Assembly: GCA_918797485.1 (NCBI GenBank)
Contig: CAKKNE010000001.1
Span: 310,001-374,000 of the forward strand
DNA from: Pelagomonas calceolata
Taxonomy: Eukaryota
Length of the DNA stretch: 64,000 nt
Direction: 5' to 3'
Made by a program: the position numbers and the translations under genes. Below the pieces are notes generated by a model, which was not told the origin of the DNA, searched no databases, and saw only the letters and a list, made by a program, of their open reading frames with translations. Positions 12,863 through 24,090 of this stretch are shown here, one piece after another. The stretch's first letter is position 1. Every line of letters starts with the position of its first letter.

Positions 12863-14041
12863 ATGATCCTCACGCAGTGCGCCGTCTGCGCCACCGAGCT
12901 TGGGCTAACCTTGGGCAAGAAATGCGGCCGCTGCAGCACGCGCTACTGCGGGCCTGAATGCCAGGTGCAGCACTGGAAGGAGGGCGGGCACGACCAGCTC
13001 TGCAAATTGATTAAAAAAGCTGGCGGCGCCGAACAGTATAATGCCAACACAAAGTACACGGAGGCAGTATCGGTCGCGGCGGAGGCGTGCGCGGAGGACA
13101 CGAAGGGCCAGACGTGCTACATCTGCACGCAGGCCCTCCATTGGAAGACGAAGGAGGGTCTCGTGCGCATGTGTGCGTGCCGCGGGACGGCGGGTTTCGC
13201 GCACGTGTCGTGCCTGGCGGAGCAGGCGAAGATTTTGGTCGCGGAAGTCGAGGAGAGCAATTTGGATCACGAGGCGAAGACTGAAAGGTGGACGCGGTGG
13301 TACACGTGCAGTCTGTGCGAGCAAGACTACCACGGCGTCGTGGCGTGCGCGCTCGGGTGGGCGTGCTGGAAGACATACTTGGGGCGGCCGGAGGAGGATG
13401 TGGTTCGGGTACTGGCGTTGAGGCAGCTTGGGAACGGTTTGCACGGTGGAGATCACGACAAGGACGCGTTGTCCGTAAGGATGGCCGAGTTGGCTATGCT
13501 GCGGCGCCTTGGCGCACCAGAAGCCAATATACTCGCCGCGCAGAGCAATCTTGCGCTCTCATATCGACAGCTTGGACGATTTGAAGAGGCCCTGCGTATG
13601 CAGCAAAAGGTATACTCTGGATCCCTGAGGCTCGAGGGCGAAGAATGTCCAAAGACCCTCGTAACAGCCCTGAACTACGCGTCGTCCCTTGTCCATCTAG
13701 GAGGCTTCGAAGAAGCCAGGACGCTGCTACGCAAAGAGATGCCCGTGGCGCGACGCATTCTCGGCGAGAGTAATGAGCTCACGCTCCAGATGAGGTGGAA
13801 TTACGCGAGGGCGCTCTACCTGAACGCCGGCGCCACGCTCGACGAACTCCGCGAGGCCGAGACTACGCTCAAGGAGACAGCACGGACCGCGCGGCGCGTT
13901 CTCGGTGCCGCAAACCCGGCTGTAGTGGGTATTGAGCACGACTTGCGAATTGCGCGAGACAGGCTCGCCGCTCGCGAAGGCGGCCGCGACGTGAGCTCCG
14001 TTTGCGACATGGTGGCCGCGATGACGCCCGGGGGACCGTAG
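12863..14041 (+). CDS. MYND zinc finger - RINGv - TPR repeat protein, copy A
   Basis: CAVC..CGRC...YC...CQ..HW....H...C (MYND); CYIC..CACRG....AHVSCL..C..C (C4HC3 RING-variant); TPR-like repeats (NLALSYRQLGRFEEAL). Confidence 0.88.
   Translation: MILTQCAVCATELGLTLGKKCGRCSTRYCGPECQVQHWKEGGHDQLCKLIKKAGGAEQYNANTKYTEAVSVAAEACAEDTKGQTCYICTQALHWKTKEGLVRMCACRGTAGFAHVSCLAEQAKILVAEVEESNLDHEAKTERWTRWYTCSLCEQDYHGVVACALGWACWKTYLGRPEEDVVRVLALRQLGNGLHGGDHDKDALSVRMAELAMLRRLGAPEANILAAQSNLALSYRQLGRFEEALRMQQKVYSGSLRLEGEECPKTLVTALNYASSLVHLGGFEEARTLLRKEMPVARRILGESNELTLQMRWNYARALYLNAGATLDELREAETTLKETARTARRVLGAANPAVVGIEHDLRIARDRLAAREGGRDVSSVCDMVAAMTPGGP
12989..13236 (+). repeat. 248-bp inverted repeat, arm 1 (partner 15276-15523)
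   Basis: Base-by-base identical, by eye, to the reverse complement of 15276-15523. Confidence 0.9.
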
Positions 14042-14432
14042 GCGAATCATTGGGGCGCGCCGCAGTCTAAACGCCACGGTACGCCATCGACGAGGCGCGG
14101 GCTCGTACGCCGCGCGAGGAGACATACTAAGATAAAGTTTTATATGGACACCGCGGGACGCTTCTCGCGGCGGCGCGGCGGGCCCGGGGGAGGAGGCCGC
14201 CGCGACCAAATAGGCATATGTGCACGACGTTCGCGATTGGGGTGGGGGGGGATAAGATAATGGGTCCGGTCCGTCGTGGTCCCGGGCCGCGGAGGCGGTC
14301 GGCTCGAGCTTTCTGGCGCGCGAGCCGCCGACTTGAGGCCTCAGTCAGGCTACGCGTTGTTTTTTCTTCGGCGACCGCTCGTAGGGCTCGGCCGCGAAGA
14401 CGTCCGTCAGGAGGCGGAACAGGTGGCGGCGG

Positions 14433-14489
14433 CGGCGGAGTGGTCCTGGCACCGCGACGCGGACGAGGACCCGTTCGCGACTGAGTAAA
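14433..14489 (+). repeat. Direct repeat, left copy (partner 15761-15803)
   Basis: cggcggagtggtcctg[14-nt insert]acgaggacccgttcgcgactgagtaaa. Confidence 0.85.
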
Positions 14490-14524
14490 GTATAGTGGAT
14501 TCTCTTAGAATGCGGGCGCGGACC

Positions 14525-15649
14525 TCAGGAGTCAGTGGACGATGCGAGCTTTCGCCGTGCGTGCGCGAGGTCTCTCTTGACGCCCGCGGCTACGGGATTC
14601 GAGGGCCCGTAGACCCGCTGCGCCGTCGAGGATAGCTCCTCAAGAAGAGTCGTAGCCTCGAGCACATCTTCTCGGGAAGCGCCAGTGTCGCAAAGAGAAA
14701 GGGCGTAATTCCAGCGAAGCTTGAAAAGTGTGTCATCTGCTGGACCGAGCGCGCGTCGTGCCTTGGGGAGCTGCTCTCGTAAAAATGACCTCGCCTCAGT
14801 GTGACGGTGTGTGTCGAGTAACGACTTGGAAAGGTTTAGCACGTCGATGTATAAGTCACCAGGATTTGCTACGTTAAGCCGCTTCGACGTGGCATAACAC
14901 TCGCGGCGTAATGCTAGGGCCTCCTCGTCACGCCCGAGTTCTTCTAAGCATACCGCAATGTTACATCTCGTGGCCAGCAATTCTTGCTCTGATAAGCCCA
15001 AGCGCATTTGAGTGGAAAACTGTGTCTGTTGGATTTGAAGCCGCTCCTCGTGACGCCCCGCATCCCCAAGTCCATGCGCAAGAACTCCTATCGCACAAGT
15101 CCGGATCGTATTCGAGTCCTCTGGCCGGCTCACGTAGGTCTTCCAGCACGCCCACCCGAGCGCACACAACACGACGCCGTGGTACTCTTGCTCGCACAGG
15201 CCGCACGCGGTCCACCGGGCCCACCTCGAATCCCTGATTTCGTAGTCCAGATTCCTCTCCTCTGCATCATCCACTAAAATCTTCGCCTGCTCCGCCAGGC
15301 ACGACACGTGCGCGAAACCCGCCGTCCCGCGGCACGCACACATGCGCACGAGACCCTCCTTCGTCTTCCAATGGAGGGCCTGCGTGCAGATGTAGCACGT
15401 CTGGCCCTTCGTGTCCTCCGCGCACGCCTCCGCCGCGACCGATACTGCCTCCGTGTACTTTGTGTTGGCATTATACTGTTCGGCGCCGCCAGCTTTTTTA
15501 ATCAATTTGCAGAGCTGGTCGTGGCCGCCCTCTTTCCAGTGCTGCTCCTGGCACGCAGGCCCGCAGTAGCGTGTGCTACAGCGGCCGCATTTCTTCCCCA
15601 AGGCTAGGCCCAGCGGGGCGGCGCAGGCGGCGCAGTGTGTGAGGATCAT
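14525..15649 (-). CDS. MYND zinc finger - RINGv - TPR repeat protein, copy B
   Basis: Same architecture as 12863..14041, with a diverged TPR C-terminus. Confidence 0.88.
   Translation of the reverse strand: MILTHCAACAAPLGLALGKKCGRCSTRYCGPACQEQHWKEGGHDQLCKLIKKAGGAEQYNANTKYTEAVSVAAEACAEDTKGQTCYICTQALHWKTKEGLVRMCACRGTAGFAHVSCLAEQAKILVDDAEERNLDYEIRDSRWARWTACGLCEQEYHGVVLCALGWACWKTYVSRPEDSNTIRTCAIGVLAHGLGDAGRHEERLQIQQTQFSTQMRLGLSEQELLATRCNIAVCLEELGRDEEALALRRECYATSKRLNVANPGDLYIDVLNLSKSLLDTHRHTEARSFLREQLPKARRALGPADDTLFKLRWNYALSLCDTGASREDVLEATTLLEELSSTAQRVYGPSNPVAAGVKRDLAHARRKLASSTDS
15276..15523 (-). repeat. 248-bp inverted repeat, arm 2
   Basis: Reverse complement of 12989-13236. Confidence 0.9.
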
Positions 15650-15760
15650 TTATACCGGCTTTGGAGACTTCTTGAGCTTGCGTGGAGACGGTATGAGGCT
15701 ACGGGCGTAGACGCCGATCGCGAGGCACCTTGACTTGCTAGTGTGTCTGACGCTAGCGAA

Positions 15761-15803
15761 CGGCGGAGTGGTCCTGACGAGGACCCGTTCGCGACTGAGT
15801 AAA
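15761..15803 (+). repeat. Direct repeat, right copy
   Basis: cggcggagtggtcctgacgaggacccgttcgcgactgagtaaa. Confidence 0.85.
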
Positions 15804-15825
15804 ATCCACACCACAACAATCATAC

Positions 15826-17873
15826 TTAAAACAACGAGGACCCTATCGCGCGCGCCATAGAACTCCGTCTCCGGATCTTCGGAGGCCGCTGCTCCCAAGT
15901 CCTAACGAGATCCTCCGGCGGATTCGCGGGCAGCTGGACGTCGGCGGCGCCATCCGCAAGGAGGCTATCGAGGTACCGAATCATGCGCAACGCGCGGCTA
16001 TCGCATCGCAGGTGCCGCGGCAGAACCCGAGACACGAGCGAGAGGCCCTCCATTGTCGTCGCGCGCGAGAGCGCCACGTACACCTGGCCGTCGTCGAAGG
16101 TCTTCGCAGGGTCGAACCTTACCTGTTTCAATCCCATGCCCTGAGATTTGTGGACGGACAGCGCCCAGGCGAGCCGTAGGGGCATCTGCCTCCGCCTCGC
16201 GACGCCGATACCCGCAACCTCCCGCTCGAACAACGTCGCCGTGACAATGACCTCTGATTGCCCCTCGAAGCGACAGACCGGCACGCGAGCGCCCTCAACC
16301 AGCCGATCCACGAGCCACGCCGCCGCGCAGCGGTCTCGACGCTTCACGTGGCTCTTCGCCGCCATGTAGTCATCGCGCGTGAACGGGGCCACGTCCACAT
16401 TCTGACTCATTGACGCCCCGGGCCGCCGCCACAGAGCGTCCTGTGCGGCTTTCGCGTTGCCGCCGCGGAGGGCCGTAGCTACCGTCCTCCAGACCTCGCA
16501 ATCTTCCGCGAGAGTCTCCGCGTCGGATATGGCGCGCGCAAACAGCTCGTCCGGCGTCGCCCAGCGGACGACCTCGCCTTGGGCGCCGTTGAAGAGCGAT
16601 GCTTTGGGGTCGACGTTGGCGAGCATTAGCACGCGGCACCCGACCTTGAGCTGTACCTCATCAATCGCCAGGAAGTCTTTGAAACAGTCGGATACGATAT
16701 CGACGGCGTTCGCTCGCGAAATTTTGTCAGCCTCTTGAAACAGGCAAACGGCGTCGGTCGCGGCCCAGGTCTCGGCAGTGCCCTCCAGCGCTCTGAACTT
16801 CCTGTCGTTCAGCGCATCGGCCTCGCGGTTGCGTGGAAATAACGTCAGGCCCGGACCCGCCGGTCGTAGGCAGTTCTCGTTGAGCTCCTCGCGATCAGAA
16901 GCGTCGCCGACGCGGATTCTGTCGAGAATTCCGCTGAAGACGCGGTCCGCCTGGCGGTAGCACTCCGTCAGCTTCACGTAGTGGAATCTCGCGTCCCAGA
17001 AACATCGCGCCTCGAAGCAGCGACCGCGGGCGCAGAAGAGGGGGCCCAGCTGATTTGTCACGTCCGCGGGATTATCGGCGTCGAACTCGACGCCCTGATC
17101 CGGCTCGTAACTATTCTCGATCGGCGGCAGCTGGAGGAGGTCGCCGCACGCGATCAGCTGGATCCCGCCAAAGGGCCTACTGTCGCCCCGCATCTTGCGC
17201 ACCTCCGCAGCGAGCCGATCCAAGAACTCGCCCGACAGCATCGACAGCTCGTCGATGATCAGATGTTCGAGCTCTCTCCAGAGCAGGGGAGCCTTCTCGT
17301 CGGGCGACAAACCGGGAACGTCCACGCGCTTCTCCCAGATGCGCCCGAAATCCCGCAGCTGCCCGGGCACGCCGACGCCCGCCGCGCGATGAATCGTCGT
17401 GCCGTCGACGTTCGCCGCAGCGATGCCCGTCGGCGCGACGACGGCGACGCGCCGATTAAACTTGTCTCCGTATTGTTTTCGGAACGGCCGATGATGAGGC
17501 GGGTGGTGAATGACTTGCCGGTCCCCGCGGACCCGGTATAGAACACGTTCTTTTTGTCTTCTAGGACCAAGCGGAGCACGCTTCGTTGCGCCGTGTTTGC
17601 AAACAGCAGGTTGCCGGTCTCAAAAGCGGATCCAGACGACGAATGTCGTGCCCTCTTCTGTGGCCGCGGCTGCGGAGGCGGTGGCGCCGATCGCGAGACC
17701 GGCGGCGGCACGGGCGGTGCAGGTGGCGGCGGCGGCGGCGCTACTGGTGGTGCACTTGCAGGCGCGGCGGGTGCCTCGTCGTCGGAGTTATCGATGTCTT
17801 CTCCTTCCTGCTGCTGAGGCACAGCATCAAGTTGGTCCTGGGAGTTCTCAATGGGATCATCAGTCAGTTCCAT
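15826..17873 (-). CDS. PIF1: PIF1-family DNA helicase (one frameshift near 17485)
   Basis: GSAGTGKS, then APTGIAAANVDGTTIH in a shifted frame, IIDELSM, PFGGIQLIACGDLLQLPP, QMPLRLAWALSVHKSQG, GQVYVALSRA. Confidence 0.88.
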
Positions 17874-17926
17874 CGTGGGATCACGCGATGCTGCGCCGGG
17901 ACGCTCAACAGGCCAAGTGGGCAGCC

Positions 17927-19164
17927 TCAGCCACGCCGGCGCGCGAGAGGCGGCACTGAGATTGGTCTTTGACGGGTTTTCGCGGACAAAATGGCCCAGC
18001 GCGCGCCACGCCATCGACGCGAAACGTTAAAAGTCAAACTCACAAAGGCCGTTACCGCAGCCCCCGCCAATCGTTCCAAACGTCGTCCGCCACGCCGCCG
18101 GCGACAGGAGCCCGCCGAAGACCGAAAAGACGACCGCCGCCAAACCACCAGCTTTGGCCAAAGCGCCGGGACCCCTCTTTCGGGAACTGGCGAGGTCGGG
18201 TCGTTGTGGCCCTCGGGACCCGGGGCGACGTGCAAGCCCACTAGCGCGGCGAACGGCACGGCCGCCGCGACGGCGCCGCCCGTCAGAATAATGCGCGAGA
18301 ACTCCCGCTGCAAGAGGATCCGGTGGTCCCGCCTCGTTAAAACCGCAGCGACCAGGCCCGCCGGCACCGCGGCCGACACCGCCAGCGCCGAAGGAGACAA
18401 GTTCGCCCGCAACGAGCGGTAGGCCCGCGTCGACAGGATGTGCACGAGCGTCGACCAGGGGTTGATCTTGGCCGCGGCCTCGACGAACGCGGCGGCGTCG
18501 GGCGTGAGGTCACTCGTTTCAGAAACGGGGGCGCGACCGGGACCTCGTCGTCATCATCCGATTCCTCCCAGACTAAAGCGTCGTGCAAGGGCCGGATCGC
18601 TCGCAGCAGCCCGGGTCGCGTCGCCCACCTTCGTATGGTAGGTCCGAGCTTGTGCAGGATTTCCTCGCGCTCGTGAGAGTCCAAGCGCAGCATCTGGATG
18701 GCGTGAATAAACACGCCGATCCAGTGCTGGAAGTCGACGAGCATGGCTACTTCTGAAGCAGCATCTAAGACAGAAGTGGTCAGGAGCCACCGTTTCAACG
18801 GTGTGGGCAACAACGCGATGGGGCCGCCTTCATTGGCCACATGTACTGAGAAGGCCTTCAGAGCTAGTGTAAAGCCTACCAGGATGTAGCAGATCGGCCG
18901 GCACCATGGCGTCGCGGCGAAGACCCGTAGCAACTCGAAGACGCCCGCGCCGCCGATCAAGCACGCGGTGATGGTCAGGGGCCACAGGGCCTGCTTGTGC
19001 TTATGGGCGTAGCGCTGGAGGGGCTTGTCTTGGCGCATCGTCCCGTTACGCTGCCGCGGCGTCCCGTTACGCTGCGACGGCGTCGACGAGGACGGTGCTG
19101 CTTGGTGTCTGCTAGCACGTCGGCGGCGTCTCGCGGGCGTCGTATGGTTGGCTGAGCCGTTCAT
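17927..19164 (-). CDS. Hypothetical multi-pass membrane protein (frameshift near 18510)
   Basis: Two overlapping same-strand ORFs with hydrophobic segments. Confidence 0.5.
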
Positions 19165-19258
19165 AAAGAGCTTTTAGCCAGAAACCCAGCCGTGCGGTTT
19201 CCGCAGCCCTGTTTAGCGCGAAACAACGCTAAAAAAGCCAGCCAAAAAACAGGCGCAT

Positions 19259-19279
19259 CTAGCGTCGGTAAGGCACTAG
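19259..19279 (+). promoter_or_regulatory. CTAG-bounded intergenic motif
   Basis: ctagcgtcggtaaggcactag, upstream of the gene starting at 19164 (-). Confidence 0.55.
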
Positions 19280-19444
19280 CATCCGTCGCCGAGACGTAAC
19301 AATAATCCTCGAGACGGCTCTGCTTGGAGGGAACTGTGCAGTGAAAGGAAATCGCGACGGCGCGGGTCCTAGCACTATAACAGGAAATCCGCGTAGGCGG
19401 ACGACGCTTTAGAAAAAAGAAAAATACACCACAAAAACAATTAG

Positions 19445-19996
19445 TCAGTCGTCGACGAGCAGCACCTCAACCACAGCACCACAAACGCTCGCGTCGAGCA
19501 CCCTCCTTTTTTCATCCGCCTTGAGCATCGCGTCGACCGCTAAATAAACGGCCCTTTTGGCGTCCGGCAGTCGCTCCAGCTCCCGGTCGCACGCGTCGTC
19601 GCGCAGACGAGTGCGCACCCCATAAATTTGATTCGTGTGCGGCTGGTCGTCAATATCAATCACAACATCAAAACGCGCGGTCAACGACTCGGGCGGCGGA
19701 CCTTCCACAAGTTTCCTCCGCGTAGACGTCCCGGGCGGCCGCGACGACGCCGCGACGCGCACGACGGTTAGGGTCGCGTCCAGCGGCACGCCGTGCTGGA
19801 GCAATGAGAGCGTCTCGCCGACCAGGTCGTCTTTTTTTTCGTCTGGCCCCTTGCGCACGCGCCACTCGTCCGCGTCAAAGATCTTGAAGGACCCGCAGGC
19901 GTTCGCTAGAGCATCTCTAAACTCGTGCAGCGTCCAAGTTAAATCTACTTCCTCTAACTCGTAGGTGGAGCCCTCTAGAGTTGCGGATAGGGGCAT
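19445..19996 (-). CDS. Hypothetical protein, possible ubiquitin-like N-terminus
   Basis: Pattern ELEEVDLTWTLHEFRDALA...TLSLLQHGV..DATLTVV. Confidence 0.5.
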   Translation of the reverse strand: MPLSATLEGSTYELEEVDLTWTLHEFRDALANACGSFKIFDADEWRVRKGPDEKKDDLVGETLSLLQHGVPLDATLTVVRVAASSRPPGTSTRRKLVEGPPPESLTARFDVVIDIDDQPHTNQIYGVRTRLRDDACDRELERLPDAKRAVYLAVDAMLKADEKRRVLDASVCGAVVEVLLVDD

Positions 19997-20133
19997 GGTG
20001 CTGCTTAGCGGTGCCGCGCTCGCTTGTGCAGCGGCAGACGTGTCGGTAGGTGATCACTGCGTCTCGCGTTAAAACGCTGCGCTGCGTGCACGGCCAATCA
20101 AGCTCCAATACAGTCTCGAGCTCGAGCGCGCAC

Positions 20134-20155
20134 CTAGCGTGCCGTAACACACTAG
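20134..20155 (+). promoter_or_regulatory. CTAG-bounded intergenic motif
   Basis: ctagcgtgccgtaacacactag, between divergent genes. Confidence 0.55.
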
Positions 20156-20210
20156 CAAACAGCCGGCATCCGGCGCAACGCCAGCCTGCAAAAGCACCGT
20201 AGGGCAGCCC

Positions 20211-20684
20211 ATGGCCGAGGACCCCATCCACGACGTCCCCGTCGGCCTCCAGCCCGTCCTCCAGGACCTGAGCGAGACGCCGCGCGTCGACCCCTTAAAG
20301 CGCCTCATCGAACGCTACCCGCCCAAGCCGCCGCCGCCGCGAACGAAGGGCAAGGTCGACGCGAAGAAGTTGATATCGCAGCTCCCGGCCGAGACGCTGC
20401 TGTGGCTCCAGGGCCCGCATCGGGAGGTGAATTTTAGGGTGCCGCCGCCGACGAACGAATCGACCGAGGCCCGCGAAGCTAGAATAGCCTGCACGCGGGC
20501 CTGGACCCGGTCGCTGGGGGCCAATCCCGACGACAAGCCCATCTATACCAAACATAGACTGATTCCTACGGAATTTGTGAACCCCTATGCTCCCAAGAAA
20601 GCCGAAGCACCGGCGGCTGCCGAGCCCGCCGCCGAGCCTGACGCCGGCGAAGCGGCCGAAGCGGAGGGCGCCGGCGAGGAGTGA
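20211..20684 (+). CDS. Hypothetical protein
   Basis: ATG ORF with strong GC3 bias. Confidence 0.6.
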   Translation: MAEDPIHDVPVGLQPVLQDLSETPRVDPLKRLIERYPPKPPPPRTKGKVDAKKLISQLPAETLLWLQGPHREVNFRVPPPTNESTEAREARIACTRAWTRSLGANPDDKPIYTKHRLIPTEFVNPYAPKKAEAPAAAEPAAEPDAGEAAEAEGAGEE

Positions 20685-20697
20685 GCGGCCTCGCAAG

Positions 20698-21162
20698 ATG
20701 CTCTGCGTCCTCACGAACGCCTGGACGAGTTCATCTACGGAGGCGTTCCAGGACATGGTCCGGGAGCCGTACTCATCGAAGAACCCCCTCCTGAACCGGA
20801 AGAACGCGACGTACAAGCCCTTCATCGACCGCGCGGAAAAGAGCGGCGTCGAGCTCTTCTTCACGGAGTGCTCGTCTGTTGTGGAGTCTTCCCACGACGC
20901 CAAACCCGAACGGGACCTCGCCAAGGTGCAACGGGACCTGGCGAGCGACGCCTGGTCGGACATCATATGGTGTGGCAAGACGCCGATACAATGCGCGCGG
21001 GACCTCGGGCTTCTTGAGGAAGGGGGTTCTGGTGTCGCGCTGGCGGGCGTGCCGCTCAACGCGCCCCAGCGCACAAACGGGCGGACGCACTGGCCCGTCG
21101 CGGCCGCGGGCTCGAGTATTCCTCGCAAGGACGCCTACGACGCCGTGTTTAACATTCAGTAG
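20698..21162 (+). CDS. Hypothetical protein (or second part of the upstream gene)
   Basis: Coding-like ORF starting 13 nt after the upstream stop. Confidence 0.45.
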   Translation: MLCVLTNAWTSSSTEAFQDMVREPYSSKNPLLNRKNATYKPFIDRAEKSGVELFFTECSSVVESSHDAKPERDLAKVQRDLASDAWSDIIWCGKTPIQCARDLGLLEEGGSGVALAGVPLNAPQRTNGRTHWPVAAAGSSIPRKDAYDAVFNIQ

Positions 21163-21165
21163 TTA

Positions 21166-22004
21166 CTATTCGGCGCTCGTGCGGAGGTGCGTCCCCGCCT
21201 TTTCGCTCCGGATCGGCGCGCAGACCGCCTTGTGGAGTTTCCAGTCGCGGCGCTGGCATATAACAGAGCAATATTTTGCGACTTTGCAGACCCCACAGCG
21301 CAGCGTCGCGTCCTTGCTGCAAGTTGATGAGGAGCAGACACCTAACACGCGCGGCGCCGGCGGCGGCCGCGGCGCCTCGTCGGGCGTCGCGCGGCGGTAG
21401 ATGCCTGGCTTCGTTCGTCGACGTCGTCGCCGCCGAGCGGATTCAGCGTGACCAAGTCGTCGTTCGCTTCTGGTTGCATCGTCGTGAAGTCGAACGAGAC
21501 GCCGCCGTCGTCCCTTTCGGAAACGCGCATGGCGGGCAGCGCGCCGGCGTGGTCGACCGGCGACGGGGGCGACCCCTGCTCCGCATCATCAATCTTGTCC
21601 CACTTGTCGTAGTTCGTCAGCGGCGCGGGCGCCGGTGCGGGTGCCTCAGCTGCCTCTGTCGTAGTTTCAATGAGCTGAGGCGGCGCCGACGATGACGACG
21701 ACGATGCCGGCGCGGCCGCGCTCGCGACGGGCGCCGGCGCCGGCGCCGGTGGCGCCGAGGCACGCGGCGCGGCCGCCGCGAGCGCCGCGCGGCGCGGCCG
21801 CCGCGGCACGGGCAATTTCGCGTCCGCGACCTCCGGCAGCTTTGGGTCATAATCAGGATCCTCGTCGGCCGTGTCGACGCTCTGGAAGTCGTCGTCCGTG
21901 TAGTCCTCGGGGTCCACGAAGTCGTCCTCGTAGCCGTCGTCGTCGCTGTCGTCGGCGTCGTCGTCGTTATGGGCCGTGGGTAGCGCGGCCGCGAGCGCCG
22001 CCAT
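21166..22004 (-). CDS. Acidic/Pro-rich protein with C-terminal MYND finger (frameshifted)
   Basis: C-terminal CSSSTC...CGVCKVAKYCSVICQRRDWKLHKAVC. Confidence 0.6.
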
Positions 22005-22337
22005 GGCTGGCACCGGGGTCTCGATCGTCTGGCTCTGTGGCAGCTAGCGTTCGATCGTCCGGGTCCGCCGCCGAAGCCAGGCGGAGGACTCCAAGGAAAC
22101 GACCGCTAGCCCGTCAGCAGCGATTTAAAGTCGATTTGAGCGCGCGAGACGTCGACGCTCGAAAAGTCTAGTGTGTCGCTACACTAGCCATACCTGGAAC
22201 AGGCGGCGCAGCGCACCACCGACGAGCACCTGGGGCTGCCCCACGGCACCAAAAAGCTCGCCAACGTAGCTTACGCACCGATTCCGGGACGACTGCGGGC
22301 CGTGCTGGGAGCAACCAGCAGCAGGGGCTGCCATGCG

Positions 22338-24090
22338 ATGATGCGACCCCTCGCCTGGCTGCTCCCATGGGCAGCACAAGCCGTCGACTGGTGCCCCGAC
22401 GCCCTCTTCACAAAACCGCCGCCGCCGCTGTCGCTGCCCGTGTTTTTGTCCGCGCCCGGCGACGCCACGCAGCGCGAAGTCGCGTTCCAAGTCTCAATAG
22501 GCGGCTCGGTCGTCGACGCGGCCACGGCCTTCTCCGTGAAGCACGCTATTGGTGAAGACGCGCGCGACGCCTTGGTCGAGGCCGCGCACGCGCGCGAAGC
22601 TAGAGGCGCGCCCGTGGCCCGAGCCGTTGTGATTACGAGCGAGCACGCGGACTGGGCTTTACAAAGGCCGGGGACGCTGCTGGTGCTTGTCGGAAAGGAG
22701 ATGGACTGTGCACGGGCGGCTCACCAAAACGCGTCGGGCCTCGCGGTCGCTCGTACGGAAGACGAGGCGCTTCGAGAAGCCTCACTCATCGAAGGGAGCG
22801 TGGTCGTCGTCGCTACTCAATCTGCACCACAATTGAGTTTGAATGAGGTCCTCGCCGAGCACGAGCGCATCCGGCACGCGCGGGGCGGCGACGGTTCGTT
22901 TGGTGTGGCCATTCCCGACATCTCTGGAGATAGCGTCCTGGCCTTTCCATCAAGCTTATCGGGAGACGAGACCGCTAAGTTTTACCGCGCATGGTGGGCC
23001 GTCGCGCACCTATTCGACGACGTTCAGGAAGAGGACCCGCCGGAAACGCCGCTCAGCTGTGCTGAAACATGTCCCGACATAGCCGTCGTCGTCTACCACC
23101 AGGGCGAGGATGATACGTCTACAAGAGGCACGTTTTTTGAAATCTCGCGAGCTGTGGTAAGGGGGTTAAGGGCGCTGGGCCTACGAGCACGTTTGACGCA
23201 TTGCGTCGACGCCTCGCAGGGCTGCGCCTTTCGTGACCACGAGAGGCGCATCCACCTCGCGACGCACAACCTGCAGGTGTTCCTCGACCTGGCGACGATG
23301 GCGCCACTGATGCTGAAGAGGGGGGACTTCCTGCCCCGCTTTTCAATGGACGTGGCCTTCAACTTCGAGTACGTGCCTAACGTAATAAATGCGACGGAAG
23401 TGGCGGAGGCTTCATCCCAAAAAACGGACCACGTCCAGAACGCTCATGGGTCCTTCGCCACGGCCGTTGCCCTAGCTACCCTAAAAAAGGCGGCGCGCGT
23501 CTGGGACTACTCGCTCGCGAACGTCGAACCCCTCTCGACGTTAACGCGTGTGGAACACGTGCCGCTGGGCTGGTCGACGGCCTGGCGGCCCCATCGTGAC
23601 CTATCGAGGTTGATCCAAGACAAGGACATCCCTATTTTATTTTATGGTACGTTGACATCCAGAAGGAAGCGCACCCTCCAAATGTTGCGGAGCAACGACC
23701 TGCCCATCTTCCATGCCAACGCCCAAACCGACGGCACTTTTGCGCCGGCCTTGGATGCCTTGATCCTGAGCGCCGCCATCGTCTTGGACTTAAAGGCCTT
23801 CGACTCGACAAAAACGCGCGAGTGGAAGATGCCTAGGTTGGCTAAATTACTTGCGGCGGGCGCCTTCGTCGTGAGCGAGGGCGCGTGTGGTGTGGAGCAC
23901 CAGTGTGCGGCGTATGCGGAGGGCGTCGTCTTCACGGACGACCTGGTGGAGACGTTACAATATTATATGGAGCGGCCCGTGGAACGGGCGCGCGTCGCCG
24001 CGCGCGGGAAGGCGTTGTTCGAGGCGCGGACTTTTGGAAGGGTGCTCCGGGGGCCCGTGGAACGGTGGCTTAACAATGTGACTCTGTATT
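22338..24090 (+). CDS. Glycosyltransferase-like protein with signal peptide (3' end uncertain; ORF stays open to 24725)
   Basis: DIPILFYGTLTSRR...AAIVLDL...RLAKLLAAGAFVVSE is a GT-B C-terminal-like pattern. Confidence 0.6.

Noticed and set aside
14433..17873. Helitron made of PIF1 plus a captured gene
   Set aside because: No HUH/Rep domain and no convincing TC...hairpin-CTRR termini were found.
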